Shown here: positions 1 through 10,166 of the stretch, piece by piece
Layout of the letters: every line of letters starts with the position of its first letter
Numbering within the stretch: position 1 is the stretch's first letter
Source of the DNA: a virus
Lineage: Duplodnaviria > Caudoviricetes
Length of the DNA: 64,000 nucleotides
IMG/VR virus record: IMGVR_UViG_3300011560_000001
Span: 173,534-237,533 of that record
Strand: one strand, 5' to 3'
Position numbers and translations under genes: made by a program
Notes under the pieces: model-generated
Seen by the model: only the letters and a program-made list of their open reading frames with translations
The model's database searches: none
Told to the model about the DNA's origin: nothing

Positions 1-2
1 GT

Positions 3-350
3 CCTCACGCAAAACGTACGGATGAAGAGAACGCTATTCTTGACGATTTGTTCAAGAACAAATTCTACATCAAAAACGATAAGGTTGTAGTGAGCAAACT
101 TCCTGAAGGGTTCGAACGCTTTGTTGATCCTAAGGTCGTCATTGAAATGCTGATGCCTGCCATCGAACCTCTCGTAAATATGATTCCAGCGTTAAGCTAC
201 AACGAGAAGTATTTTGATTTCGATGAAGAAGGTCAGCTGAAAAGCGCTCTGCAAGAACTCAAGCATGCCGCACTCAGTGTCTTACGTTTAAGTAAGAAAG
301 ACGTCGAAGAGTGTGATTGCGACCAAGATAAGAATGGAGAAAATGAATGA
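3..350 (+). CDS. hypothetical protein, 5'-truncated by window edge
   Basis: Frame is open from position 3; ATGA overlap with next gene. Confidence 0.7.
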   Translation, partial: PHAKRTDEENAILDDLFKNKFYIKNDKVVVSKLPEGFERFVDPKVVIEMLMPAIEPLVNMIPALSYNEKYFDFDEEGQLKSALQELKHAALSVLRLSKKDVEECDCDQDKNGENE

Positions 351-685
351 ACGTACAACAAATCTGTTTAATCGATGATCAGTTCAGTGAAATTAACGGT
401 GAGCGTTACAATGTTGTAAGCTGGACGCTTTCTATGGTTCAGGCTGCTGAACAATTTCCGATGGACAAACACAGCCCTGAAGCATTCCGCGATGTCTATA
501 AACAAACCCAGCTGGTAGACCGTAAACTACCTGAAGGTTACGACGACGAGAAACTGCTGAACGATATTAAGCGTGCGTTCACCCTGCACATGCTGACCTT
601 AACCGAAGACGATCCTTTAGAAATCCCTGACGAGTGGCTTATCTACGATGTGGAAGCCTACTTCATGAAAGAACTCTGGTTCTAA
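347..685 (+). CDS. hypothetical protein
   Basis: GGAG SD, ATGA overlap, followed by a hairpin. Confidence 0.75.
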   Translation: MNVQQICLIDDQFSEINGERYNVVSWTLSMVQAAEQFPMDKHSPEAFRDVYKQTQLVDRKLPEGYDDEKLLNDIKRAFTLHMLTLTEDDPLEIPDEWLIYDVEAYFMKELWF

Positions 686-695
686 GTCATAACCA

Positions 696-758
696 CATAA
701 ACCTTCCTCCCCGCCCGTTATGGGTAGGGAGGAAGATATGCTAACTATTTTTTTTTTT
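696..758. terminator. hairpin-TATGC element / bidirectional terminator between convergent genes
   Basis: CTTCCTCCC..GGGAGGAAG stem flanked by CATAA and ATATGC, then a T-run. Confidence 0.7.
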
Positions 759-2211
759 ACTCGGCGAAGTGTGGTTTGTAATCAGACTGCCATGCGGTGG
801 CGCTGTTGTCGTAGTTGTTGTGTGAAGTGCCTGCCGAGAATGTCCAACCACTCAGATTCTGATTGAACGCGGCGCACCCAGACAACATATTGTCTACATT
901 CGTAACAGCCGAAACATTCCACGAACCGATCGGCTGGTTGAACGCACTGCAACCGAAGAAGAGGTTCTTCATTGAGGTGATGCTACCCGTGTTCCATTTC
1001 GTGATATTCACATCATTAATAAGGCTGCAGCCTTCGAACAAACCTTCCAGCGTTGTCCAGTATGGCGGAATGTAGTCAGGGACTTTAACTAAGGACGTTA
1101 ATCCGGTCAGCTGTACAGCCTGCGGTAATCCGTTGTTCCAGTCAACGATTTCAGTGATGTTATCGCCGCTGATGGTTTGTGTTTGGGTTGGAGCTTCTGG
1201 GCTGGAGAGGACGCCGGTAGCAACAATCGTGCGTTCTGTTCCATCACTGTATTCGTGGAACCCGCGAGTCTGTCCACCCGGTAACGTTGCTTTATTCCCA
1301 TCACCCCAATCGATGGAAATATTTGTCCAACCGTCCAATGCTAATGTAACGGAACCACCGGTCGTTTTAAGAATGTATTGAATCGGTTTCGGTTTAGCGT
1401 TGCGAACAATCGCCATCGCACCTTTAAGGCTGCCGATAACCCAATCTTTCTTTGTGGTTACCAGTAATTCGGAGGCACCATACGACCTCATCTCTACTTC
1501 ACGAACGTCTTCGCTTTGGTTAATCGTCTGCATCGCTTGTTGCATTTGTTCGCTGGTAATATCACCATAACGAACCATGACGTTCAGGACATTCTGGAAG
1601 TATTCTGCGTCAAGGACACCTTCAGTCGTTTCGGCATTTCCGTTATCGTCGATAATAGAGGTTGTTGCTAATAGTAACGAACCGGTTGTGTCAGCTTCAA
1701 CACCATCCAGATAAACCAGATTCGTAAGATCGGTTTTCTTGATGATAGTAATCAAGCTTAACGTATCGTTAGCAATATTGAACTGAAGATTACCCGCCCA
1801 AACATAAGACGTGTTTGCAACCGGAACCGTAATGTCTTTAATACCGGTGTCTGTGAACGTAATTTGTTTATTCAGCTCGGATTCGAGGAAGTCGACGGTT
1901 GTGTCAAATACCAATCCGTAACGTTCAGCAATCGTATTGATGATATCCCTTACGGCGGTATCTTGCTTAACGATAACCCGTAACGGGATCCCGGTGAAGT
2001 TTTTAGCGATGTCTCGACGGATGTAGGTCAGAGACTGTTCGTTAAAGTAACGGCTATCGTCGTTCGGTTTGATCGTAACGACGACCGTTCCAGGCACTTC
2101 GCTTACCGGTGCCGTCAGTTCAAATTTTACATCGTCTAACGTCAGTTGTAAGCTGTTTTTGCTGTTTACTAGCGCAAGGAGTTCGTCTTTCCAGCTTTGT
2201 TTGAGTTTCAT
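757..2211 (-). CDS. virion appendage protein: shared N-terminal anchor domain, PKD-like segment, BspA/DUF285-type repeats
   Basis: N-terminus (SWKDELLALVN..TYIRRDIAK..GIP..RYG..DF..VWAG) shared with 43047 and 48508; IDWGDG; WNTGSITSMKNLFFGCSAFNQPIGSWNVSAVTN repeats. Confidence 0.75.
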   Translation of the reverse strand: MKLKQSWKDELLALVNSKNSLQLTLDDVKFELTAPVSEVPGTVVVTIKPNDDSRYFNEQSLTYIRRDIAKNFTGIPLRVIVKQDTAVRDIINTIAERYGLVFDTTVDFLESELNKQITFTDTGIKDITVPVANTSYVWAGNLQFNIANDTLSLITIIKKTDLTNLVYLDGVEADTTGSLLLATTSIIDDNGNAETTEGVLDAEYFQNVLNVMVRYGDITSEQMQQAMQTINQSEDVREVEMRSYGASELLVTTKKDWVIGSLKGAMAIVRNAKPKPIQYILKTTGGSVTLALDGWTNISIDWGDGNKATLPGGQTRGFHEYSDGTERTIVATGVLSSPEAPTQTQTISGDNITEIVDWNNGLPQAVQLTGLTSLVKVPDYIPPYWTTLEGLFEGCSLINDVNITKWNTGSITSMKNLFFGCSAFNQPIGSWNVSAVTNVDNMLSGCAAFNQNLSGWTFSAGTSHNNYDNSATAWQSDYKPHFAE

Positions 2212-2271
2212 GTATTTTGCCCTATTTTAATAATTACGACGCATATACGTCATACGATTTTGCAGCAAACG

Positions 2272-2306
2272 CAGCATAAAGCTCTGCCTGACATCAGGCA
2301 GAGCTT
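2272..2306 (-). terminator. hairpin-TTATGC element downstream of helicase
   Basis: AAGCTCTGCCTGA/TCAGGCAGAGCTT inverted repeat; TTATGCTG follows on the minus strand. Confidence 0.7.
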
Positions 2307-2311
2307 CTTAA

Positions 2312-4393
2312 TTACCATTCCAAGAACGCAGGTCGTGGTTTAATATCGTATTCCGTGGCGTTTACGGTAACGTATTGATCGTATCCTTCCATCGCTAACG
2401 TTTCCTGCAAGTTAACATCATCTTGCTTGTTCACCACATATTTGACGCCCGTGATTTCTTCAACAAGCTGCCGACTTAACTCCATGATTTCGTGGCTACG
2501 TGTAGAAACGTTACCCTCGCTTCCTGTATCTAACATGAAACGATAAATCCGAACAGGTTGCGTTTGTCCTACACGATCGAGACGGCTGATGGCTTGGATT
2601 TCATCGGATGAACGCCACGGGTTGTTCAGGAAAAGACCCACATTACACATCAGCATCGGAACCCCTTCAGCTAAGCTATCAAATGTTGCGATAGCGGGAC
2701 CGCTGTCAGGATCGTCGCGTAGACGGGCAAGTATTTGGTTGATGTTTTTGTTGGTCTTCCCGTAAATGGGTTCCGGTAAGAAGCCCGCATCACGAAGCAT
2801 GTTGTCGACGCGTTCAACCACCTGAACGTACGACGTGAAGATCAGCACTTTGGCTTCGGCGTTATTGATGTACCCTTCGAAGTCGATGTATTCCACCATG
2901 TCGACATGACACCGAATGCGCGCTGCGCCCAGAACACGCGCCAACGCTTCACCCTGAATTTTCAACCCAACGTACTTGATGACGCTCTTGGCGTCTTTGA
3001 AAGCAACCCTTAAATCAGAAGGAAGAACCGGCATGATGGAACGTTTTTCAAACGCGTTGCAGAACATCGCATCTTCTTTGTCTCTGACGGGATCGTAACC
3101 TTTCTGGAAACGAGCAACAATCGATTCGTATCGAGATAGCTCTTTACGTTCTCCGTCGGTACGAATAGTCTTACGATAGTAGTCCAAGGCGTCATCAAAA
3201 ATCTTTCTGTAATGCCCCCAGTTATCCTTGTAATACTTCGCCCGATCGCGTACAAATATCGCCATATCGTCGCGGATACTCGAGATGGTATAATCGCTGC
3301 CGTTAGGGAGCTTCACGTAAACATCCTGAACTTCCGGTCGGGTTTTACGATAAGCTTCTTTAGGTACAACATGCATCATGAACCCAAGACGATGTCTGAG
3401 GATATCGTTAGCACGACTGCTGGTTAAACCGTAAATTGCTTTGAAGCTATCGACCACCTGTCCTTGGAACATCGGGTCGATACAACCTAAACATGGGATC
3501 ATCTCAGAACCCATTTGTTTAACAGGTGTACCCGACATAAACAAGACATGAACATCGGCATTCATGGTCTGACGCATCGTCTGTACGAGATCAACCAATC
3601 GTTGGGAACGTTGGCTGTTCTTGTCGTTGAAGTTATGGCTTTCGTCAACAACAATAAGAACGCGCTTCGCCGTACGTTTATGCTTGATCATCACATCGTT
3701 TAATAAGCCCATCGATTCGTAATGTAGAAAATAGTACTTATCGCTTTTCTGCAGCTGTGATGGTTGCATTGTATCCGACCAGAACGCGGTTGCTGTTGCA
3801 GAGTCAACGATGGCTTTGTTTACATCGGATTGCCATGCTGAACGCATGGTGTTCTTAGGACAGCAGACCACAAATACATCGACGTTCATTGCGGCGCTTA
3901 AAGCCAACGCGGTGATTGTTTTACCCGCACCGGCACCCATTGCGCACACGTATCCTTTCAGTCGGTATTTAGGTACGTTACGGTTATAGATGTCGATAAA
4001 CTCATCTTGATAATCGAACAAAGAGAGCGTTAGCATTTTGTTCATGCGTGCTTTATCGAGGATTGCAGGTTGCTCGATTGTGGTATTTTGCAGCCAGGTT
4101 TCCTGTAGCAGTACCTCAATAAGGTGCTTCAGCATGCGTTTGTTGCTACGGGTATTCTTTGCCTCGATGATCGTTTCGAGAATATAAACGAAATCGGGGA
4201 GGTAAAAGTTGTGGAGACTGAGTCCACTAGAAGAGAAATTACGAAACATATGTTTCATAAATCGGGAGGTACCCCATATTCGCTGAATGTCATCTGAAAG
4301 ACGCCAGGCATCGATACCCCCGATATGCACGGTGTTGTTACTCTGATTTTTAACCGTTATTCGGTTCATTAAACGATTGATTCTATCCAACAT
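2312..4393 (-). CDS. SNF2-like superfamily 2 helicase
   Basis: MGAGAGKT (motif I), VDESHN (II), MSGTP (III), QAISRLDRVGQ (VI); likely start MLDRINR. Confidence 0.9.
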   Translation of the reverse strand: MLDRINRLMNRITVKNQSNNTVHIGGIDAWRLSDDIQRIWGTSRFMKHMFRNFSSSGLSLHNFYLPDFVYILETIIEAKNTRSNKRMLKHLIEVLLQETWLQNTTIEQPAILDKARMNKMLTLSLFDYQDEFIDIYNRNVPKYRLKGYVCAMGAGAGKTITALALSAAMNVDVFVVCCPKNTMRSAWQSDVNKAIVDSATATAFWSDTMQPSQLQKSDKYYFLHYESMGLLNDVMIKHKRTAKRVLIVVDESHNFNDKNSQRSQRLVDLVQTMRQTMNADVHVLFMSGTPVKQMGSEMIPCLGCIDPMFQGQVVDSFKAIYGLTSSRANDILRHRLGFMMHVVPKEAYRKTRPEVQDVYVKLPNGSDYTISSIRDDMAIFVRDRAKYYKDNWGHYRKIFDDALDYYRKTIRTDGERKELSRYESIVARFQKGYDPVRDKEDAMFCNAFEKRSIMPVLPSDLRVAFKDAKSVIKYVGLKIQGEALARVLGAARIRCHVDMVEYIDFEGYINNAEAKVLIFTSYVQVVERVDNMLRDAGFLPEPIYGKTNKNINQILARLRDDPDSGPAIATFDSLAEGVPMLMCNVGLFLNNPWRSSDEIQAISRLDRVGQTQPVRIYRFMLDTGSEGNVSTRSHEIMELSRQLVEEITGVKYVVNKQDDVNLQETLAMEGYDQYVTVNATEYDIKPRPAFLEW

Positions 4394-4536
4394 AATCGCG
4401 CTCGATTTAATAGAATGTATGATAAAAACTCCTCCCCACACCTTTCCTGGGGAGGAGGCCGGGGATGTCCCTTAAAATGACGTCATTCGACAATCCATAA
4501 AATACGATGGGCATCGAGACGGACCAACACAAATCC

Positions 4537-4553
4537 TTTCACGGCTATATTAC
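4537..4553 (+). promoter_or_regulatory. phiKZ-type early promoter (TTTCACGGCTATATTAC)
   Basis: 17-mer recurs at 33459 and, with one change, at 59323, each upstream of a gene run; contains the phiKZ early consensus TATATTAC. Confidence 0.8.
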
Positions 4554-4601
4554 TTACGTGAGTAAAGAAAATTTATTAATAGATTCAAAGAGGTACGTGC
4601 G

Positions 4602-5288
4602 ATGAAATCTTTATATTCGTTGGATTGTTTAAATTTCTTATCTCAGGAAACACGCGCTGAAGTAATTGAAAATATTCGGAAGAACGATCTTGCTCATCAA
4701 GAAGAACACGTGCTTGCTGTTGTCGAATTGGCAAATGAACTTGCCGATGTGGTTGGCATCATCAGACCCACGGAACGTCGTCGTTTATTAACTGCCGCTT
4801 TTATGCATGATATCGCATGCCATGAAAACAGAACATACCACCACCTTATCGGAGGTGTTCGTGCGTCAGTTATCTTGCTTCGTAACGAGCAACATATTTT
4901 CACACCGGAGGACATCGAGGAGATACGCGTACTTATTGCTGAACACCGCGCCTCGTATTCCGGTCCACGTAGTTCGGTTGCTTCTCAGGTGCTTCGTTTG
5001 GCGGATATGGGTCGTCTGGATAGTGAACGTTTTGGTATCCGTGCAGTCGAACATCGTTACGGTCAGATGAGTAAAGAGTTCGCATTACAGGAAACCGCCG
5101 ATTATCTTATTTCTAAATTTGCGCCTGACGGCTATGCTTGGATTACTTATCCGACGTTAGGTCAGCAGCTTTATATGAAAGAGATTGCGGTGATTAAATC
5201 GCTTTGTGCAAATCGGGATAAACTCATTGCTTATTTGGATGATGTTTATACGTATGTTGAAAAGAAACATGGTGAAATCATGTGTTAA
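4602..5288 (+). CDS. HD-domain phosphohydrolase
   Basis: H..EHV...AAFMHDI...HH...EHR...LAD pattern. Confidence 0.85.
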   Translation: MKSLYSLDCLNFLSQETRAEVIENIRKNDLAHQEEHVLAVVELANELADVVGIIRPTERRRLLTAAFMHDIACHENRTYHHLIGGVRASVILLRNEQHIFTPEDIEEIRVLIAEHRASYSGPRSSVASQVLRLADMGRLDSERFGIRAVEHRYGQMSKEFALQETADYLISKFAPDGYAWITYPTLGQQLYMKEIAVIKSLCANRDKLIAYLDDVYTYVEKKHGEIMC

Positions 5289-5310
5289 ACATGAAAGCGG
5301 AGAATGATGA

Positions 5311-5793
5311 ATGAGTATCGTTGATTTAACGTTGACAGAAGTTGGTGATGGTATTGAGGTTTCGATGAAAACCTCCGACGATCGCACCGTTGTTGCTAAA
5401 CTGGAAGAAACCGTGTACGGCAATTACGTGGTGGGTGTTTCAGGGAAGGTGAGTATGTATCGCCTGGCTGGTATTTTAAGTGTCTTTGATGGAGGATTAC
5501 TGCCGTCCGACCAACTCGAGCTCCAGAACAAATTGATCGACAATGACTTCTACACGGAAAACGTGAAAGTCTTTGGTTACAGCATGATGGGTGGTGTATT
5601 TAGCGCCGCAACGAACACGCTTAACTTCGGTACCCAACAACTGATTCAGTTCAGTATCGAAAAGGGTAAACTGAAAACGGCGTGGAAAGGTAGCGCTGCA
5701 TTCACACCAACCGATCTTCTGCTTACTTCCGCAGAACAACATTTAAAAGCAAGTAAATCGGGTCGTGCATTTCTGGAGCAATTAAATCGATGA
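5311..5793 (+). CDS. hypothetical protein
   Basis: GGAG SD; overlaps next gene. Confidence 0.75.
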   Translation: MSIVDLTLTEVGDGIEVSMKTSDDRTVVAKLEETVYGNYVVGVSGKVSMYRLAGILSVFDGGLLPSDQLELQNKLIDNDFYTENVKVFGYSMMGGVFSAATNTLNFGTQQLIQFSIEKGKLKTAWKGSAAFTPTDLLLTSAEQHLKASKSGRAFLEQLNR

Positions 5794-6347
5794 CCTCACC
5801 CATCTTCTTTATATCGGATACCCATTTTGATAGCGAGCGTACATGGACGTATTCACGCCGTCCGTTCGCAAGCGTCGCCGATATGAACCAGCATATGCTG
5901 AAAGCCATCAACAATCTTCCAAAGAACAGTGTGTTATGGCATTTAGGTGATTGGGGTAAATTCGAGTTCGTGGAAGCCATTCGTTCTGATATCCAGGTTC
6001 AATTGGTAATGGGGAATTGGGACGAAGACGCATACAAAGCGACAGGATTAAGCTTCGAAGCGTGGCGTGATAAATTGCTCGGTATGGGGTTTGCTGCGGT
6101 TTATGAACACCCGCTGGTACTGCCGATTAGCAATGACGAATCCTACTGGCTATGCCATAAGCCCAGCGAAAGAAACCCAGGCTACTTCAATCTATTCGGG
6201 CACATTCATCGCTGTATGTTAGCGAAGGCCAACGGACTTAATGTAGGCGTTGACCAACATTTTTACGCACCGATTAGTTTAGACACCGTGCGTTTTTGGC
6301 GTAATGCAATAGAAAATCATTACGACGAAGAAGTATGGATGGAGTAA
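5790..6347 (+). CDS. calcineurin-like metallophosphoesterase
   Basis: SDTHF, HLGD, GNWD, CH, FGHIH, NVGVD motifs. Confidence 0.9.
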   Translation: MTSPIFFISDTHFDSERTWTYSRRPFASVADMNQHMLKAINNLPKNSVLWHLGDWGKFEFVEAIRSDIQVQLVMGNWDEDAYKATGLSFEAWRDKLLGMGFAAVYEHPLVLPISNDESYWLCHKPSERNPGYFNLFGHIHRCMLAKANGLNVGVDQHFYAPISLDTVRFWRNAIENHYDEEVWME

Positions 6348-6356
6348 TCATTAACC

Positions 6357-6384
6357 ACCCTCCCTTCGGGGAGGGTTTATGCCG
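6357..6384 (+). terminator. hairpin-TTATGCCG element
   Basis: ACCCTCCC-TTCG-GGGAGGGT followed by TTATGCCG. Confidence 0.75.
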
Positions 6385-6401
6385 CGTTACCGGTACCCGT
6401 T

Positions 6402-6689
6402 ATGGAGATAACGATGTCTCGATCGTCGACACAACCCGAACCCTGGAAACGATTTCTTAAGGAGCTTCATTATCATGTTGCAGCTCGACCAGGCTTGAGC
6501 GCACACCAAATGGAAATCGTCCTACGAGCACTAATCGAACGACACCCTCAAGTCACACGTATTAAATCATTCATTGGATCTGGAGAGTTCTATGCTTGCA
6601 AAAACTATTTTAGCCATCGTGACCATTACATCTACTTCTATTATCGCACGGTTCCTTCGTCGATGACCGGTCGCGGTGTGGAATTTTAA
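6402..6689 (+). CDS. hypothetical protein
   Basis: ORF in gene run; GGAG precedes an internal Met. Confidence 0.65.
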   Translation: MEITMSRSSTQPEPWKRFLKELHYHVAARPGLSAHQMEIVLRALIERHPQVTRIKSFIGSGEFYACKNYFSHRDHYIYFYYRTVPSSMTGRGVEF

Positions 6690-6736
6690 CACGTAGCCAT
6701 GGTAAAAATTAACGGTTTTTCGTGTTCGTATAGGAC

Positions 6737-7198
6737 ATGAAAACAAACAACAAAGGCGTTAAAATGAAGAATTCCATTGTTCGTCACGATTCGGATCGCG
6801 GGTTTTTTATCGACACAGATATCCTTCACGATATTTATTTCAATGATGATCGTGAATTAGCTGAGCTTGTAGATCAACGCTCGGAGACAATCGTCGCGGC
6901 TGGAGGAATATTTAAACCTCAGAGATGGGAGGGACTTGATGTTAGTATCCGTCCCATCATCAGCCGAGAAACGCCTTTTGAATTACTCTTTATTTTCTCA
7001 CCCCGATCGTTACCTGATGAGCAACCGACAACGTTATCCTTAACGGCTGAAGTTGGTTATTGGTCGTATCATATCGAACAAAACGGTTTGGTACGTGAGG
7101 GTACGCTCGAACCGTCGGAATTAAAAAAGTTTCTTGGTGCAGTCAAAGACCAAGAACGTAAACGTAACCGTGCAATACGGAAACAAAACCGGAATTAA
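6737..7198 (+). CDS. hypothetical protein
   Basis: ORF in gene run. Confidence 0.7.
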   Translation: MKTNNKGVKMKNSIVRHDSDRGFFIDTDILHDIYFNDDRELAELVDQRSETIVAAGGIFKPQRWEGLDVSIRPIISRETPFELLFIFSPRSLPDEQPTTLSLTAEVGYWSYHIEQNGLVREGTLEPSELKKFLGAVKDQERKRNRAIRKQNRN

Positions 7199-7253
7199 TG
7201 TATTAGCAATCCTGACCACAGAAATCGGTCACTTTTAATAGGAATCGAAAAGA

Positions 7254-7775
7254 ATGAAAAAGTTGTTTCTTGCAGCCCTCTTTATTACGGCATCAGCACA
7301 CGCTTGGGATTACAGCGAGCTGGAAACCGGACATGCTAAACTAGGCACGATGTATACCTGGTCATCGGCAGAAGTCAGTGCGCCAACCGCCTTGGAAGTT
7401 AACTGCTTGTCTACGGGAGGCGCGTGGGTAAAATTGGATACGGAAGATGAAGGTTATCAGGCACCCCTTCTTCGTGATTATCCAGGCATCGTTAAAATCA
7501 CGATTGGAACAGCTGAAGGAATCAGTTATTTCAATGGAGAAACCGATCTTAACTTCTGGTCGACAGGCGGGCAGCAGCGTTTGGTGAACTTCGTTAATGA
7601 ATTAAACCAAGCGTTGACCATTTCGGTGTTAACCGACGACGGTAAAACGTATCGCGTTCGTCCGATCGAGCCAGAGATGCGGATCGATGTCCGTAAATGT
7701 CCTGCGGGCGTACCAGCAATGGTCGATCCCAACACGCGCACTGTACGCACACCTGAAGAAATGAACGCACTTTAA
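7254..7775 (+). CDS. exported hypothetical protein
   Basis: Signal peptide MKKLFLAALFITASAHA. Confidence 0.75.
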   Translation: MKKLFLAALFITASAHAWDYSELETGHAKLGTMYTWSSAEVSAPTALEVNCLSTGGAWVKLDTEDEGYQAPLLRDYPGIVKITIGTAEGISYFNGETDLNFWSTGGQQRLVNFVNELNQALTISVLTDDGKTYRVRPIEPEMRIDVRKCPAGVPAMVDPNTRTVRTPEEMNAL

Positions 7776-7822
7776 CATGGAGGAAGGTGGATGGTACGCC
7801 CATCCACCTTCACGAGGCTATT

Positions 7823-8056
7823 ATGGCGAAGAAACCAAAGAAACGTAATAAGAGATATAATCCGAACAAACGTTCGAAGTTTAAGTTGGTTTACATGACG
7901 GACACTGAGTTCCAAGAAGCCAATCGACTTTATCGTCTTCAACGAGAAGCTTACCTCAACGAACACGGCCCTGAGGTTCTAACGGCTGCCGACGATGTTC
8001 CTAAAGAACAGTTTACCGATATACAGTTATTCTTATCAAAAGGAATTCAACAATGA
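7823..8056 (+). CDS. hypothetical protein with basic N-terminus
   Basis: GAGG SD before MAKKPKKRNKR; ATGA overlap with next gene. Confidence 0.65.
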   Translation: MAKKPKKRNKRYNPNKRSKFKLVYMTDTEFQEANRLYRLQREAYLNEHGPEVLTAADDVPKEQFTDIQLFLSKGIQQ

Positions 8057-9009
8057 GAACACTTATTGATACCACATGCCCTCACTGCGGACACGATATT
8101 TCAATTGCAACAATTCGTTACGATATGTTTTCGGATATGCCGTTGCCGAACACGTGTTATGTTTGTACTAGCTGTTTGAAAACAGTAGAAGTATCTGTTG
8201 ATGATAATAGTGCAGAACGCCATATTTCGTTTGTCCCATCGGATGAAAAACACGAAGCGATCTGGTCGATTATTTTCTCTAATACGGCTCGCCCAGCCAA
8301 TCCGTTCATTTCCGGTACATCGATGTCTGTTGACGTTGATCGTTTTATGTCCGAATTAACCTTGGGTACCGTCGAACATATTAACGCGATCGCTGATCTT
8401 TATATCAGTCAGTCATTGAATCAGGGACATCTGTCGTCAAATGGTATTCTCTGTATCGAAGGAGACAACTACGAAGAAGCGATGGCGCATTACCGCACGC
8501 ATCTGACGATACCTGTGCGCTACATTAGCGATATTCAAGAAGCGGCACTTTTCGCAACCGATCTTGCCTGGTTATTTAATGCTGTCATCCACCAAGCAAA
8601 TGACGGTACATTGTTGCAGAGAGTTGACGGTAAGATCGGCTGGTGCCATAGCGTGCGTAGTGCGGTTGTAATCGATTATTTATTACGTAATCGATGGATC
8701 GCCCAACTGTTTAATTACTGGTATCAATACGTTTTGGATTATGATGTTGAGCCTGTTCTTTACAGTGCTGATGGTAGCGTTTGGTTGTCGCATGAGTTTG
8801 TTAAAGGGTTGGATATTGACGAACCCCTGTTCCTATATCCAAAGGGTTATAGGGAATTAGCGTTCGATGAAGCAATGGAATTGCTGAAACAGGACAACCC
8901 GGTTAACTACCATGAAGAGAACGCTCGTCGATTCAGTCCTGATCGTAAAGCAACGAATCTGTCCGCCAGCAACGCTTCGACGATTCCAGTAGATCGCGTA
9001 TTACATTAA
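8053..9009 (+). CDS. hypothetical protein with N-terminal Zn ribbon
   Basis: CPHC...CTSC. Confidence 0.75.
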   Translation: MRTLIDTTCPHCGHDISIATIRYDMFSDMPLPNTCYVCTSCLKTVEVSVDDNSAERHISFVPSDEKHEAIWSIIFSNTARPANPFISGTSMSVDVDRFMSELTLGTVEHINAIADLYISQSLNQGHLSSNGILCIEGDNYEEAMAHYRTHLTIPVRYISDIQEAALFATDLAWLFNAVIHQANDGTLLQRVDGKIGWCHSVRSAVVIDYLLRNRWIAQLFNYWYQYVLDYDVEPVLYSADGSVWLSHEFVKGLDIDEPLFLYPKGYRELAFDEAMELLKQDNPVNYHEENARRFSPDRKATNLSASNASTIPVDRVLH

Positions 9010-9024
9010 CAAAGGAGCCCTGAT

Positions 9025-9867
9025 GTGAAAATCAGTTATCAGGAACAGGATCATCATTGTAAACACTGTGATAAAGATCTTAGTAAACCAATGCTTGCGG
9101 CATACGGTCAGCACGAACCAACGGTGGTCTGTGATGGTTGCGCAAGCCGCTACTCACTCGTGCGTGAAGGCGACGATGAGGGTATCCAACTTAAGCTACG
9201 CGATACACACGAGTATCGACTTCGTGTTGTTGCGGTACTGGCCCCACCGTACAAGAAAGGGGAACCCCGTAAAGCAGCATGGACGTTCGCGGAGTTTGAT
9301 GTGGCGATTGATAAACCGATTACGAAAGGGCTTTCGCCGTTCAACGATATCGTTGAGTATAACAACATCAAGAACGCGGTTGCTGATTTGCTTCCATTAT
9401 CACCCCACAGTTGTGTCTATGGGGTTGGAACGTTACCGCAGGTGTGTTGTGTCTTACCACGAGAAACGTATATATCGTTAGGTGCCCGACAACTGATTAA
9501 GTTCTTTGGGGTATACGACGATATGCTCAGTAAGATCGGTGAACTTCTGGTCACCATGTCGAAAATCAAAGACGTTAACCAGAAGAACAAAGATGTGCGT
9601 ATTAGTCACGCGGTTTGTGCGCATTTGATGGCGGGGTCGATGTGGTTGGGTGATTACGCTAACACGATTATCAGTCAGCTACCAATTTCGTACGAGGTTG
9701 TGTTTAAAGATGGTGTGTTCTACGGCGTGCGTCGTAAAGATACGACTTTCCAGCTGAAGAAAATCGTTCTCGACCTACCTATCGATCATCTTATCGCTAA
9801 TGTTATTTCTGATCCCTCACGCGTTGTTGACATGATACGCGGAAAACTAAAAGGTAACACAGCATGA
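9025..9867 (+). CDS. hypothetical protein with N-terminal Zn ribbon
   Basis: AGGAG SD; CKHC...CDGC. Confidence 0.75.
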   Translation: MKISYQEQDHHCKHCDKDLSKPMLAAYGQHEPTVVCDGCASRYSLVREGDDEGIQLKLRDTHEYRLRVVAVLAPPYKKGEPRKAAWTFAEFDVAIDKPITKGLSPFNDIVEYNNIKNAVADLLPLSPHSCVYGVGTLPQVCCVLPRETYISLGARQLIKFFGVYDDMLSKIGELLVTMSKIKDVNQKNKDVRISHAVCAHLMAGSMWLGDYANTIISQLPISYEVVFKDGVFYGVRRKDTTFQLKKIVLDLPIDHLIANVISDPSRVVDMIRGKLKGNTA

Positions 9868-10166
9868 AACGACTGTCGGTAAGACAGGTATCGTTGTGTT
9901 ACTACGGAATGGAGTACGATGCCTTAGCAGAATTGTTTCGTCAATATCTTGAAGATCATCGCCTCACCAACGATGATCTCTTTTCTTATTCTTATTTGAA
10001 TTACCCGATTAACATGATACGCTATTCGGAAGCTGAAGGCGAATACCTGGTGGTCGCTTCTATCATGCGTTATCTATTAATTGATCTGTACAAACGTCTG
10101 TACTTGCCGAAGAGATTGCGTATAAAAGAAACATTAAGGAGACTTCGTAGTGAGCGTTCTACGTGA
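9864..10166 (+). CDS. hypothetical protein
   Basis: ATGA overlap. Confidence 0.65.
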   Translation: MKRLSVRQVSLCYYGMEYDALAELFRQYLEDHRLTNDDLFSYSYLNYPINMIRYSEAEGEYLVVASIMRYLLIDLYKRLYLPKRLRIKETLRRLRSERST

